A DNA stretch of 64,000 nt from Eledone cirrhosa (GCA_964016885.1 OZ024741.1:192696001-192760000), one strand, 5' to 3'; numbered from the stretch's first letter, positions 1 to 13,770 are shown. Numbers and translations are program-made. The notes: generated by a model not told the origin, from the sequence alone.

Positions 1-690
1 AGTATACAGCTAATATTCAATTCTTTATCAATTTAGAATCTTTTCTTAAAGGCACATATACATACACCTCTTTAAAATATACCCATATTCCTACCTTACT
101 TCAAAGGGCATTATACACTCTATAATTTACTCATTAGTTTACTCATTACCCTCATTCTATCTTCACCTTGTAAAATCCTTCATAACATATACATTTGTTT
201 TTTTGACGTTAGAATATTCATCCGCAATTATTATTATTTTTTCTCTCCATCATCAAACTTTTTAATCTCAATACATTAACTCCCTTTCCTTCTTTTGACG
301 CTAGAATATTCATTCCTAAATAATATATTTTTTTCTTCCCATCAACTAACTCATTCTTTATACATATTAACTCTTTCTTCGCACAAATTATCAATTCCTT
401 CAATATAAAAACCTTAACTTCACATTATTTTTCTCAAATCATCTAATACACAAACCTTAATAATTTTAATACATATTAACTCTTTCTTCGCACATATTAT
501 CAATTCCTTCAATATACAAACTTTAACTTCAACACACAAACCTTAATAATTTTTTTCTCTTCGTTAATTTTGAAATTGTCATAATACTTATAAACATACA
601 CCTTTTTGACGTTAGAATATTCATCCGCAATTATTATTTTTTCTCTCTATCTTCAAACTTTTTAATCTCAATACATATCAACTCCCTCTC

Positions 691-1116
691 TTTCCCTTCG
701 TTAATTTTCAAATTTTTTTAATTTATACAATATCTTCCAACGGTTCTCAACCTCTCTATGTAAAACAATATATCTTTTCTCAGTTATAAAAACTATCTCT
801 TTCTCTCTATCACCCATCTCTCCCTCTCCACCTTCACTCTCATCTCCTCCCCTTTTTTCATCCTTTCCACCCCCCTCTCTAAATAAAATATTTTTTCCTC
901 GTACATATTTTTCCCTTCGTTAATTTTCAAATTCTTTTAATTTATACATTATCTTCCAACGGTTTTCAACCTCTCTATGTAAAACAATATATCTTCTCTC
1001 AGTTATAAAAACTATCTCTTTCTCTCTATCACCCATCTCTCCCTCTCCACCTTCACTCTCATCTCCTCCCCTTTTTTCATCCTTTCTACCCCCCTCTCTA
1101 AATAAAATATTTTTCC
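691..1116. repeat. Tandem duplication, two copies of about 210-220 bp (691-897, 910-1116)
   Basis: Both copies start tttcccttcgttaattttcaaatt and end ctctctaaataaaatattttt. Further dispersed duplications lie at about 200-290/604-690 and 360-420/470-530. Confidence 0.8.
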
Positions 1117-1310
1117 CAATATCACACATCAATCTAAAACTACTTTTCATATGTTGATTTAAAACTGCACTATCCACAAGTGTTTTTTAGCCTTCATATC
1201 ATGTTCTCCTGTTTTATCTGATGAAAACACAAATATTATTGCATGGTGATGTTTGTTTTTGAAATGCGCATAATAAAATACATGGAACTCCTTTAACCAT
1301 CTTTTGATCT

Positions 1311-1387
<77 letters not shown>

Positions 1388-1650
1388 TTTCGTTTCTGAA
1401 TTTGTTTAGCAAGATTCTTTATATGAAAACGTGTGTTGAAACCGATATTGTATACTTTGGGAAGGTCATGTTGCCAATAAGAAACAAACGCACCAGTCGG
1501 TTGGTTCCACAACCAGATGGTTGTGGAACCAACCAACCGGAAATTTATAAATTCCTAAATTTATAAATTTATTATAATAAATTGAATTGAAAGCAACTGG
1601 TGCGTGTGTTTCTTATTGGCAACATGACCCTCCCAAAGTATAACAATATA
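1388..1650. mobile_element. Collapsed fold-back element (internally deleted copy of the 52885-53472 pLTR hairpin) in (TA)n
   Basis: Inverted arms tatactttgggaaggtcatgttgccaataagaaac / gtttcttattggcaacatgaccctcccaaagtata. Nearly identical to 2437-2696 and to the outer parts of 52885-53472. Confidence 0.75.
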
Positions 1651-1675
1651 TACATATAATATATACATATATATA

Positions 1676-1768
<93 letters not shown>

Positions 1769-2115
1769 AGGTTGAATAACAAGCTTGAAACTAGTACATC
1801 GTTCCTGTGTCAGTGTGGAACAAAAAGGTGACGTGGTTGCCTTAACACCGTATGGCATAAATTCAGGCTGTTCTGTTTGTTGACAAACAAACGAACAAAG
1901 CTGCGTTATAATAAACGTCGGCTAAACTGATGCGTGCATATATGTATGTGTACCTGTGTGCATATATGTATATATATGTATATATATATATATATATATA
2001 TGAGTATATATATGCATGCTACTGTACGTCTGTATACATATATGTATGTACGTATACATACATACTTATATATGTATATATATATATCTCTATATATATA
2101 TATATATACGTATGC

Positions 2116-2185
<70 letters not shown>

Positions 2186-2236
2186 GTATGTATATATATA
2201 TATACATATATACATATATATATATATATACATATA

Positions 2237-2270
<34 letters not shown>

Positions 2271-2302
2271 AGTATGTATATATATATATGTTTATATATA
2301 TA

Positions 2303-2424
<122 letters not shown>

Positions 2425-2436
2425 TATATACATATA

Positions 2437-2696
2437 TTTCGTTTCTGAATTTGTTTAGCAAGATTCTTTATCTGAAAACGTGTTGAAACCGATATTGTAT
2501 ACTTTGGGAAGGTCATGTTGCCAATAAGAAACAAACGCACCAGTTGGTTGGTTCCACAACCAGATGGCTGTGGAACCAACCAACCAGAAATTTATAAATT
2601 CCTAAATTTATAAATTTATTATAATAAATTGAATTGAAAGCAACTGGTGCGTGTGTTTCCTATTGGCAACATGACCCTCCCAAAGTATAACAATAT
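2437..2696. mobile_element. Second copy of the collapsed fold-back element
   Basis: Near-identical to 1388-1650 and flanked by (TA)n on both sides. Confidence 0.75.
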
Positions 2697-2705
2697 ATAC
2701 ATATA

Positions 2706-2850
<145 letters not shown>

Positions 2851-3056
2851 TATACACGTTTCTATTGTCTTAATAACTTATTTTAGTTTTTATCGCTCCA
2901 ACGTGAAGTATATGATTTTTAATGCGATGAAATACCCATGATCGTTTGGTAAATCACTGATGAGGGACTCATTTTATAACATGTTATCCATGTGCAACCA
3001 GCAGTATTCTTCTCACCCATATTTTCATATACATATATATATATATATGTATATAC

Positions 3057-3285
<229 letters not shown>

Positions 3286-3328
3286 TATAGAATTCACATG
3301 AATCAAAGTTCTGTTCAAACCATTTATT

Positions 3329-3374
3329 AGGTTACAATTGTTTCGTCCAAACCGAGGTTTGGGGTCTTCGGAGC
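3329..3374 (-). ncRNA. Degenerate minimal hammerhead ribozyme motif (C4 core), inverted pLTR copy
   Basis: Minus strand reads gct-CCGAAGA-ccccaaacctcggtttggac-GAAA-CAATTG-T-A. Confidence 0.55.
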
Positions 3375-3477
3375 AATTTTTCAATGATTGTTTACATACA
3401 TGACCTCCTTTCCAACACAAGAGACATACAGATACACATGTATATATTGATATATATATATATATATGTATATATAT

Positions 3478-4937
3478 TGGTGGGCCTATATTTACTTAAC
3501 GAAATCCATAAGGACCTTCCATACCTCAACGGTGGTTTGTACCGCGATGATGCGCTTCTACTTATAGACTATAAAAATTTCAATATAGAAAGAACTAGAA
3601 AACTATTGCACAAGACCTTCAAAAACTATAACCTAAGTATCACCATAGACAAAAACACTAAAAACGTTAACTTCCTAGACGCCACCCTCTACCTAGACTC
3701 AAGGATATATACACCTTTCCATAAACCTAACGAAAAACTGATATACGTAGATACCAAGTCTAACCACCCTAGATCAATATTAAACTCTATCTCTAAGGGA
3801 GTATCCAATAGAATCTCTAATCTATCCTATGACGTAAACATATTTAACAAAAATTCGCAATATTATAATCAGGCATTAGCTAGATCAGGCCATAATAAGG
3901 AGATCGAGTTCCTACCTACAAAAACACATAGCTACAACATTATTTCGCACAATATGTCCATGAGGAAAATTAGTAATAGGAATAGCAACCACACACACTA
4001 ATACGAAGGATGCCAACAAACGTAACCCACACCACAGAAGTTACCATAGTACCATAAACGGAAACAACTCACCCGACATAAAAACAAAAAACAGAACAAG
4101 AAATAATACATTTTTCAACCCTCCTTTCAATCTAAACGTCTCTACCAACCTACCTAAGGCTTTCTTCTCACTCCTAGATAAAAACTTCCCATCTGGCCAC
4201 AAGTACTATAGACTTTTAAACAAAAACACAATTAAAATCTCCTACTCTACCACGCCTAACATAGCATACCACATAGCTCGTAGCAATAAAAGAAAAATTA
4301 ATTCTTACTTCCAACAAACTAAATCACAACAGGGGTAAACCTTCAAAATAACATTATATCAACTAACCCTGATAACAATAGTAATAATAGTAATAGCACT
4401 AGTGTAAGCAATAACGCTGGGAACGACAACCCCCATAACCATAATCCTATAGCTACCATCCAGACTTCTACACAACATAATAACCGGCAGACTAACATCC
4501 AAAATAATTGTAACTGTAGATCTAATAGAACCTGCCCTTTAGATAAAAAATGCTTAATCAAGGATATCATATACTCATGCACCGTCACAACTAGCAACTC
4601 TTCTGAAACCTATATAGGCTCTACATCAAACTGCTTCAAAACCAGATACAATTCGCACCTCCATTCTTTCAAAAAACACAGTCTAGCCAACTCCACTTCA
4701 CTATCTAGCTACATACACTATCTAAAAACTAAAAATAGATCTTATACACTTAAATGGCAAGTGATAGGTAAGGCGACATCGTACAAACCACCTAATACAT
4801 TTTGTAACCTCTGTCTACTAGAGACCCATACTATTATCTTCTCAAACCATAACCTTCTTAATAAAAAATCAGAAGTGTTCGCGTCATGCCAGCACCGCTT
4901 CCGACACTCCTTCCAAAACTTTAAACTCAATATATAG
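3478..4937 (+). pseudogene. PLE reverse transcriptase C-terminal half + GIY-YIG endonuclease (disrupted)
   Basis: Motifs VGLYLL, GLYRDDALL, VNFLDATL, YVDTKSNHP and FFNPPFN, then CNCR..CPLDKKC, IIYSCTV..TYIGSTSNCFKTRY and CNLCLLE. Stops and frameshifts are present. Confidence 0.9.
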
Positions 4938-6412
4938 CAATGTCAGACTTGAACCCATTACCACTTTTAGCAACACACCTCAAGGGCACACCTTAAACCG
5001 CAACTCCACACTCAATGATCCACCCTATCTTAACACAATTCGCGACATCTATCTAAAACCTTTTACCCTAGAAATATCCCCATGTACACCTACTTTTAGT
5101 ATAATTGCCTTCAATTACTTAGACTACATTATATCACTATATAATTATATGTAAACTTTAAACACTGAATTATTTGTGCAAATGTTGTTATATGTATGGA
5201 GTGCCATCATTGGATAAATAAAAGATTAATTTATTAACATAAAAGAGCTATATAACCTATATGTTGAGTACAATGAATTATGTACAAGTGGTATATGAGT
5301 TATACATACATGTATGACTTGATAGACAGATTAATGACATTGTAAGTGAGAATTGCTCTTTGGTCTACCCTCGAGATATTTAACTTTGCCATGCAATCAG
5401 CCTTGCGCTGACCCAGAGCTTACCAGGGGTTATATATAGACGTGTCTCTATTAAGACCCTGTCAGGTTCTGTGAGTAGACTACATTTACAAAGAACATTG
5501 ATATGGAGATCTAACTCTTCGTATGGAATATTCAGTTGTAGCACTCTATGATAGGGAGTAATCATCCTAATATAGATACCTTCAGTACTTCTTGATAGAG
5601 TAGACTGTAATTTAAAGATAGGATACTTAAATGTGGAAACTGTATATAACCATATATATAAGGGACTCAATTGAGACACCTTTTAATGTACATTGGAATA
5701 ATAAATTTAGTTATAGAAATCAGCTAGTTACCTCCCCTCACGCATTAACTCCCCTTAACCACACACATACTTCCGGAAAATAAAACGATGTAAATTCTCG
5801 CAACAAAAACAACCTGCTCTATAAAATTGGATTAAAGAACACTGAGCCGCAACAAGCTGTTATAATTTAACTTAATACATCAAACATCCAATACTGAATC
5901 ATCGTTAATTATGTGAAGGACATATAAACTATATATATTACGTTTCCTGGATTGTGAAAATGGTGGTGTACACAAAAACCATAACATTATTTTGCTTCTC
6001 ATTTATAATATTTCTATGCACACAAGCTTCTTTATCATACACAAAAAATACTTTACCACTACAACCTCCATAATACTCTTGATTACCCGCTTAAAGTGCT
6101 TGTATTGCATATAACAGCTTGCCGCACAATAATCTTATATAAATAAGACACACCTACATACCCCACGTGTAACTATTGCAAGCACTAACTACTTCAACTG
6201 ACTAACTATCCTCTTGCATTATCTTCGTAAACTGCCAATGTTGTATTTTAACTTTAATTTTGTTCTAATATGATTTTAATTTATGAGTTTAAATTGCCAT
6301 GCAAAAATATTATAATGGATGTCACCCCACTGTGCATCAATATATACGTATATATCTGTATGTCTCTTGTGTTGGAAAGGAGGTCATGTATGTAAACAAT
6401 CATTGAAAAATT

Positions 6413-6457
6413 GCTCCGAAGACACCAAACCTCGGTTTGGACGAAACAATTGTAAGC
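6413..6457 (+). ncRNA. Minimal type-I hammerhead motif (C4 core; base of stem II mismatched)
   Basis: gct-CCGAAGA-ca.ccaaacc.tc.ggtttgg.ac-GAAA-CAATTG-T-A-agc. Stem I is gct/agc and stem III is the palindrome ACAATTGT. Confidence 0.65.
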
Positions 6458-6662
6458 TAATAAATGGTTTGAACAGAACTTTGATTCATGTGAATTCTAT
6501 ATAACTGCTCTGTAGAACAACTGATGTTATTACATTGAGCTATTTATCTTACTGGTAATAAGGTAGTAATAAATTACTGTCTTTCACTGCTTAGGGTTTA
6601 AAATAGATATAACTATAAAAGGTTTTAGTATATACATAACCATAAATAGTATCCTTAATGCG

Positions 6663-6738
<76 letters not shown>

Positions 6739-6957
6739 GTGTATGTGTATGTGTATATACATATATGTATATATATATATCTTTATATATATTTATATTT
6801 ATATATATATATACATATACATATATATATATATATATGTATATGTATATATATATATACATATACATATACATATATATATATGTATATACATATATAT
6901 ACGTATACATATATATATATGTATATATTTATATATATATATATATTTAAATATATA

Positions 6958-6989
<32 letters not shown>

Positions 6990-7093
6990 AATATATATAT
7001 AAATATATATATATTTATATATATATATATAAATATATATATATTTAAATATATAAACATATATATATAAATATATATATATATAAATATATA

Positions 7094-7806
7094 TCATAAA
7101 ACATGTCTATAGAATCACAAGATAAAATATATACTATTTCCTCTCCCAATTAGCATAATTACCTATATAAAAAATCGAATAGACCAGGCTATAAGAATGA
7201 GGCTTCTATGAAGGAATCTCCGACAAATAACCAAAACTAGCGCTTCGCGCCGGCCGTAGTGGAATATTTATCGAATATTTCGACAGCGTAATCGTCTAGA
7301 TACAGTCAACTAAGCAGAATTAGGTTTAAAATAAACTAGGAGAAAATAGAATACATTTAATTACCTCTACCATGGTTTCGTCCGTGTTTTGAATTTTCCA
7401 ATAATTATGTAATAATTATATAAACTCGAGCGCCGGATTCTCCAGGAAGCTCGCTCATATCTAGACATTAAATTTTCCAAAACGATCGCGCCAAGAATTC
7501 ATTTCAAAATGGCTAAAAATCGTGACGTAGTCGCGGTCAAGTTGAAAGGGGTGTGGTAGTTGCTTACGACTGGTGGCATTTTTGCTAGAAAGCACAGGAC
7601 AATACAGCCAAATTTTTATCTCAACCTAGTGGGAGATTAATTCATATAAAAGTTTACATATATATATATATACATACATATACGTGTTTTGAAACGGGTC
7701 ACTTTGTGGCTCAATGAAAAATTAATAAATTAAACAATCAGAGCTATATATCATAAAACATGTCTATAGAATCACAAGATAAAATATATACTATTTCCTC
7801 TCCCAA
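7094..7806 (-). mobile_element. ORF-less, terminally redundant element with an internal hammerhead motif, inserted in (TA)n
   Basis: Identical 56-bp direct repeat (tcataaaacatgtc...ctctcccaa) at 7094-7149 and 7751-7806, with a hammerhead motif at 7363-7450. Confidence 0.55.
7363..7450 (-). ncRNA. Degenerate hammerhead motif
   Basis: Minus strand reads gcttc-CTGGAGA-atccg...cggac-GAAA-CCATGG-T-A-gaggt. It has an A6G change and a palindromic stem III (ACCATGGT). Confidence 0.6.
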
Positions 7807-7935
<129 letters not shown>

Positions 7936-7941
7936 AATACA

Positions 7942-7975
<34 letters not shown>

Positions 7976-8005
7976 CATATATATATATACATATATATAC
8001 ATATA

Positions 8006-8076
<71 letters not shown>

Positions 8077-8124
8077 TTATATACATATATATATATATAT
8101 ATATATACATATGTATATATATAC

Positions 8125-8173
<49 letters not shown>

Positions 8174-8341
8174 CATATATATATACAGCAAGATGTATGG
8201 TAGGTCGTATGTGAATCGCGATGATCACGTCTGACCTACCAAATATGTGACGGTAGCTAGTTAAGCTCTATGCGTATAAGCAGAGCAGAAATATTAATGA
8301 AAAAGAACAAAGGAACTATTATGACATTATAACAAGTTTAT

Positions 8342-8388
8342 TGCCGACAGCCGTTTCGTCCGACCATATGGTGGGACTTTTCAAGGCA
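8342..8388 (-). ncRNA. Minimal hammerhead ribozyme, U3-A8 variant, apparently intact
   Basis: Minus strand reads tgcc-TTGAAAA-gtcc.cacc.atat.ggtc.ggac-GAAA-cggctg-T-C-ggca. Stems I and II pair and the cleavage triplet is GTC. Confidence 0.75.
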
Positions 8389-8849
8389 TATAACATGTGA
8401 TTGTAAGTTCATTATTTACATCAACGTATCACTCAAGACTAGCAGTTTGAAATTGTGGTATACATCAGCAGCTCCGCTTGTATATTTGGGGTCTATATTC
8501 TAAGGGGGCTCCTTTATATTAGTTGTCGGAATTGTAAAAGGGATGGGTTATGGGGAGTTAAGAGAATTTGAAAATGTCCTGAGAGTCAGGGATTGAAGGT
8601 TAAAAATTAGATAATTTATAATTTACGTATTAAAAGTAAAAGACTTGGGATCTCGTAGAAGCACCCTAAAAAATCCCTCAATAAGTACATAGAGCTTACA
8701 AGCCCCAATAAATTTAACAAACTAGAAGAGATTAAGAGACTAATAAAATAAAATAAAAAAATAAATATATAAAGTTTCCCTAAAAACTATAAAGTTTCCC
8801 AAGAAGTTCCCCCGATATATATATATATATATATATGTATATATTTGTC

Positions 8850-9596
8850 ACCAAAACTATGTCGTCGGCAGTGAAGGAGGCAGAGGATTTGATGCGGGAG
8901 GTTGAGACTGTGTCGATGAGTGTGGGGCTGAGAATGAATGAGACTAAAACAAAATATCTGGTAGAGAATGTTGAGAAGCCAGAGGGGATCACTAATGTAG
9001 GCGGGAAGCCGCTGGAATTGGTTGAGGACTTCCTGTATTTGGGAGCAAAGATTGGGAATACGGAGGATGATGTGGTTGAGAGGAAGAGCAAGGCCTGGGC
9101 GGCGTGTCACAGCTTGAGGTCGGTGTGGAAGTCGGACCTTCGTAGAGACCTGAAAATCCGCCTCTTCATTGCTGTAGTGGAGTCTGTGCTGCTGTATGGG
9201 TCTGAGACTTGGACACTGACCAAGAGACTCACTCAGATGGTGGATGGGTGCTACACGAGAATGCTGAGGATGGCTCTGAACATTAATCAGTATACACTGA
9301 GGATGAAAAACTGAGAGCTGTATGGGAGCATCCCAAAAGTCAGCTCAAAAGTGACACAGAGAAGACTGAGGTTGGCTAGACATGCTCACCGACATCCGGA
9401 GTTGACATTGCACTCAGTGCTCCTTTGGGAGCCCCTACATGGACACACTAGAAGAGGAAGACCAAGGTTAACATATGTTGATGCCCTAAGGACAGACACT
9501 GGTCTGTTGGAGATGCAGGATATGGCAGCGATAATGAAGGACAGAGACCGCTGGAGAGAACTCGTCCATGGATCTCGGGAATTTTACCCGCCTTAG
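8850..9596 (+). mobile_element. 5'-truncated RTE-clade LINE (RT C-terminal part) in (TA)n
   Basis: Motifs VGLRMNETKTK, VEDFLYLG, VESVLLYGSETWTL, RRLRLARHAHRH and GRPRLTY, with a frameshift/stop near 9314. Confidence 0.85.
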
Positions 9597-9619
9597 ATAG
9601 ATATGTATATATATATATG

Positions 9620-9733
<114 letters not shown>

Positions 9734-9996
9734 AAATTTATTGGGGCTTGTAAGCTCTATGTACTTATTGGAAAGACCGATGGAAGCATTGTATCCTCGG
9801 TCCAATTTGACGAAAGTCGATCGACTGTCGATATAGATATTGTTATATTTGGGAAGGTCATATTGAATGTTGCCAGAAATAATAATGAAACACACTCACT
9901 GTTTGGTTTGGATTGGTTTTCGCTTCTGTATATTTCATATCCCTATAGTTAATTTAGCTGACAATCAATGTTTATTAATGATTAACTAGCGGTTGA

Positions 9997-10029
<33 letters not shown>

Positions 10030-10127
10030 TAAAATAACAGATTTTTGCTCTACGATTCTTATATATTTGATATATATTTATCCTTATCGAGCCCTCTTTG
10101 GATTTTAGTCTTCAAATTTATTATTAT

Positions 10128-10199
<72 letters not shown>

Positions 10200-10201
<2 letters not shown>

Positions 10202-13085
10202 GTCTAAAACGCGCATTAATGATAAATGTAATAAGAACAACGTTAAAAATTAACAAACCTTTCAAACAGAAACGCGTTAATATTAACAAAATTCAAATTC
10301 TCACCACACCAAACGAGATAAATAAACTCATGAATATCATTCGATATGAAACAAAATACGCTCAAAATGAATGTAAAAAAACATTTTAATAAAAAATTAC
10401 GATGGATGAAGGACAAAAAACAACAAGAAAAGAGGCTAGAAAACTGACAAAAATATCCCGACAAGATTAACAATATTTATGTGGCAGATGTCACATTACC
10501 TATAGAGTTTACCAAAGACCAGGCACTAAACATCTCTGGTAACCAACGAGCAAGAACAACATATTCTACAACTAACACCAAAGTTCACTGGGTAAACCCA
10601 ATACGATGCCTGTCGGAAATTGAAAAGTCCTTCACTCAGATCAATACGAGCAGCAATTATAATTGTTTCTACTTTAGGCACAAGGCCAGCAATTACCCAG
10701 TGCATTACTGGTACTTTATTTTATCGACCACGTAAGGATGAAAGGCAAAGTCAACCTCGGTGGGATTTGAACTCAGATTGTAAAGGGACGTAACTATGCT
10801 GGAAAGCATGGCGTCCGACACTCTACCGATACTGCCAATCCACCGCCCTATACGAACAGCAATAATAATAACAACGAAAGTGGTAACATAAACAATATCT
10901 TCAACTATAGAAATAACGGCTATAATAATAATAGTTATAACAATAACAACAACAGAGACAGCAGGAGAGATAGAAATAATAATAATAGAAATAGCAGGAA
11001 TAGCAACGATAACAATAGAGAGAACAACAACAACCATAATAACGATAATAGTAGCACACACAACTATAAAGGTAGATTTAATGACAACCGCTTAGAGAAC
11101 CTGTTCTTCATCCCAACTGACAAAACATACAAGATTAACAAAATTCACCTCACTAAATTACCAACAAATAGTGACCAAACAGAGGCACAGTTTACCATAG
11201 CTAGAAATAAACTTAGATAGGTAGTAGATCAATATACTAGGAGACAAAACAGACCAGAAATTCAACAACTTGGAAGAAAACCCTCAGAAGGCCTACTTAA
11301 CCTCGTGCAGCGCACAAGGGTGGGTGAGGTAGTGTTTCTGCCTACAGAGAAATCCGGTAGGATGTCAATAGACAGCATGCCGAACTATATCAAGGCTACG
11401 CAACCCAACAACATAAACATGAATAAAACAACACCACAGACATATGAGGAAAGAGAAAAGATCCTCAATGCTCACATAAGTCCCAAGCAACTAATAATTC
11501 CCAAGCAACTAACAATGACATACCACCCTTGTATGAGCTCCGCAAAGACCATAAAACAACTAACGACCCTATGACAGGACAACCAATAAGACCTGTATGC
11601 GGAGCCAATATTGTTAGCAACTTCAGGATCTCCTACTTCCTCTCTATAAATACACGCCCCATAATTAAGATGTTTCCAGATGTATGTGACATCACAGAGG
11701 ACCTTCTCAGCAGAATCAATGAATGCAACAACAAACTACATAATAGGCAGTATGGATGTAGTGTCCCTGTACCCATTCATTGACATTGATTTTTCTGTAG
11801 AAAAATGTGTGAAAATAATCAGTGAGAGTGAGCTAGAGTTCTGCGACGTTGACACGGATGAATTGGGCCTCCTACTTAAATAATTATGACCTTAGCTGTT
11901 TCTGCCCCAGTAGGCCAATAAAAGGTAGACCCCCCCCCACAACCATAACCTCAATGGATAAAAAGACTCCTATGGGAAGATGGAATGGATGGACCAAAGC
12001 CATACGGACACCCCAAAACAATGATCAGGTGAGAAAAATAGTCGTACATGCAATAGGGGCTAGTATTAAAACTACCCTAAAGGGCCATATGTTTAAATTT
12101 AACGAAAAGATCTACACCCAGAATGAGGGAGCAGCCATTGGCGTCAGCATAGCTGGTGATGTTGCCAATCTATTTATAGTATGGTGGGAAAGGAGACTCA
12201 GAGAACTCATAGAAGAGAACTCCATAGACCTCGTCATATACTCTCGTTACGTAGACGATATCAATATAGTAATGAAAACGCCCCCACAAGAGAGTACCAA
12301 TAAACCTGAACTAGAAAATAACACAATGGAGAACATCCAGCAGATAGCTAATTCCATACACCAGAGCATAAGAGTAACTATTGACTACCCTTCCAAACAC
12401 CCTAACAATAGACTACCAGTATTAGACACCGATCTCTGGTTAAACACTATAAACGCGAAAACCCAAATTCTCCACTCACATTTTTCTAAACCCATGGCCT
12501 CCAAATACCTTATACACAAAACTTCAGCGATGTCCAATAGTGCTAAGTTTAATATTCTGATCGCGGGCTTGGTAAGAGTGGTAAAGAATGTGTCCCGCAT
12601 GTGCGATCCAACTGAAATGGAAAGACACATCCAACACTGCATCAATCGCATACAGTTCTCTGGCTACAACGAAACTGACAGAATCAGGGTGTACAAAGGA
12701 GCTGAGGAGAAATATAAGACGCTCATAGAAATGGACATAAAGGGATTTGCTTTTTGTACAGGAGCAAATCATGGAATATCATAGATAGGACTAAACATAA
12801 AATAAGGAAAGCCACTTCATAGTACGACAACCAGAGACACCATAGTGTCATGTTCGTGGATGCAACCTCTAGAGAGAAATTAGCTAACTAATTTAGAAAG
12901 GCCTTAAGAAAGACGCATCTAAAGATTAAAGTTGTAAAAGAGCCAGGAACTACCATACAATCCCTTATCAGCAAAACATACCCCTATAAGAAAACCCACT
13001 GTACTAATAAGAAATGTGTTATATGTAGAATAAATTCACAAATAAATCATAAAATTAGAAATGTAGTCTATAGCATAGGATGGTA
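10200..13085 (+). mobile_element. Degenerate Penelope-like element (third lineage), 3'-truncated at the start of GIY-YIG and interrupted by a SINE
   Basis: Motifs PIRPVCGA, IGSMDVVSLYP, QNEGAAIG, YSRYVDDI, DYPSKHPNNRLPVLD and FSGY, then C..KKCVIC...RNVVYSI. Multiple frameshifts. Confidence 0.85.
10655..10847 (-). mobile_element. tRNA-derived SINE
   Basis: Minus strand has an A-box-like TGGCAGTATCGG, a B-box-like GAGTTCAAATC, a body (cctttcatccttacgtggtcgataaaataaagtaccag) and a tail (agaaacaattataat). Multiple copies occur in the window. Confidence 0.85.
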
Positions 13086-13382
13086 GTTGTAGAATATGTT
13101 GTTCTTGTTCGTTGGTTACCATAGATATTTAGTGTCTGGTCTTTGTTAAACTCTATATGTAATGTGACATCTACCATATAAATATTATAAATATTGCCAT
13201 ATAAATATTGTCATATAAATATTACCATATAAATATTGTCAATCTTGTCGGGATATTTTTGCAAGTTTTCAGGTCTCTTTTCTTGTTGCTTTTTGCTAAA
13301 TTAACTATAGGGATATAAAATATACAGAAGCGAAAACCAATCTAAACCAAACAGTGAGTATGTTTTATTATTATTTCTGGCA

Positions 13383-13770
13383 GGATTGGCAGTATCGGTA
13401 TAAGGTCTGACGCCATGCTTTGCAACAAAGAGTTACGGCCCTTTATGGTCTGAGTTCAAATCCCGCCGAGGTTAACTTTGCCTTTCTTCCTTACGGGGTA
13501 CTCGGAACGTGAAGTGCCGTAACCCTATACTGCAAAGCATTTTGTTCTACGCTCTAGCACTACTGCCAATCCACCGCTCTGGCTTCTAATTTTGGTACAA
13601 GGCCAGCAGTTACGGGGAAGAGGGAAATGGATTAAATTGATCACAGTATTTGACTGATACCTTATTTTATCGACCCTGAGGGAGTGAAAGGCAAAGTTGA
13701 CCTCGCTGGGGTCTGAACTCCGAAGGCCATATCTATATGCCGCAAAGTAATTCTTCTGACGCTCTACCAA
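13383..13770. mobile_element. Cluster of partial tRNA-SINE copies (+ 13383-13500; - about 13505-13580 and 13585-13770)
   Basis: Same A/B-box and body motifs as 10655-10847. Confidence 0.75.

Larger units (their letters stand above)
3290..6660 (+). mobile_element. 5'-truncated Penelope-like element with inverted pLTR at the 5' end
   Basis: 3290-3460 is the reverse complement of about 6335-6500. The coding remnant 3478-4937 lies between them. Both ends abut (TA)n. Confidence 0.85.

Noticed and set aside
10655-10847. tRNA gene
   Set aside because: A and B boxes are present, but there is no full cloverleaf and the head is followed by a repeated SINE body, so it was called a SINE.
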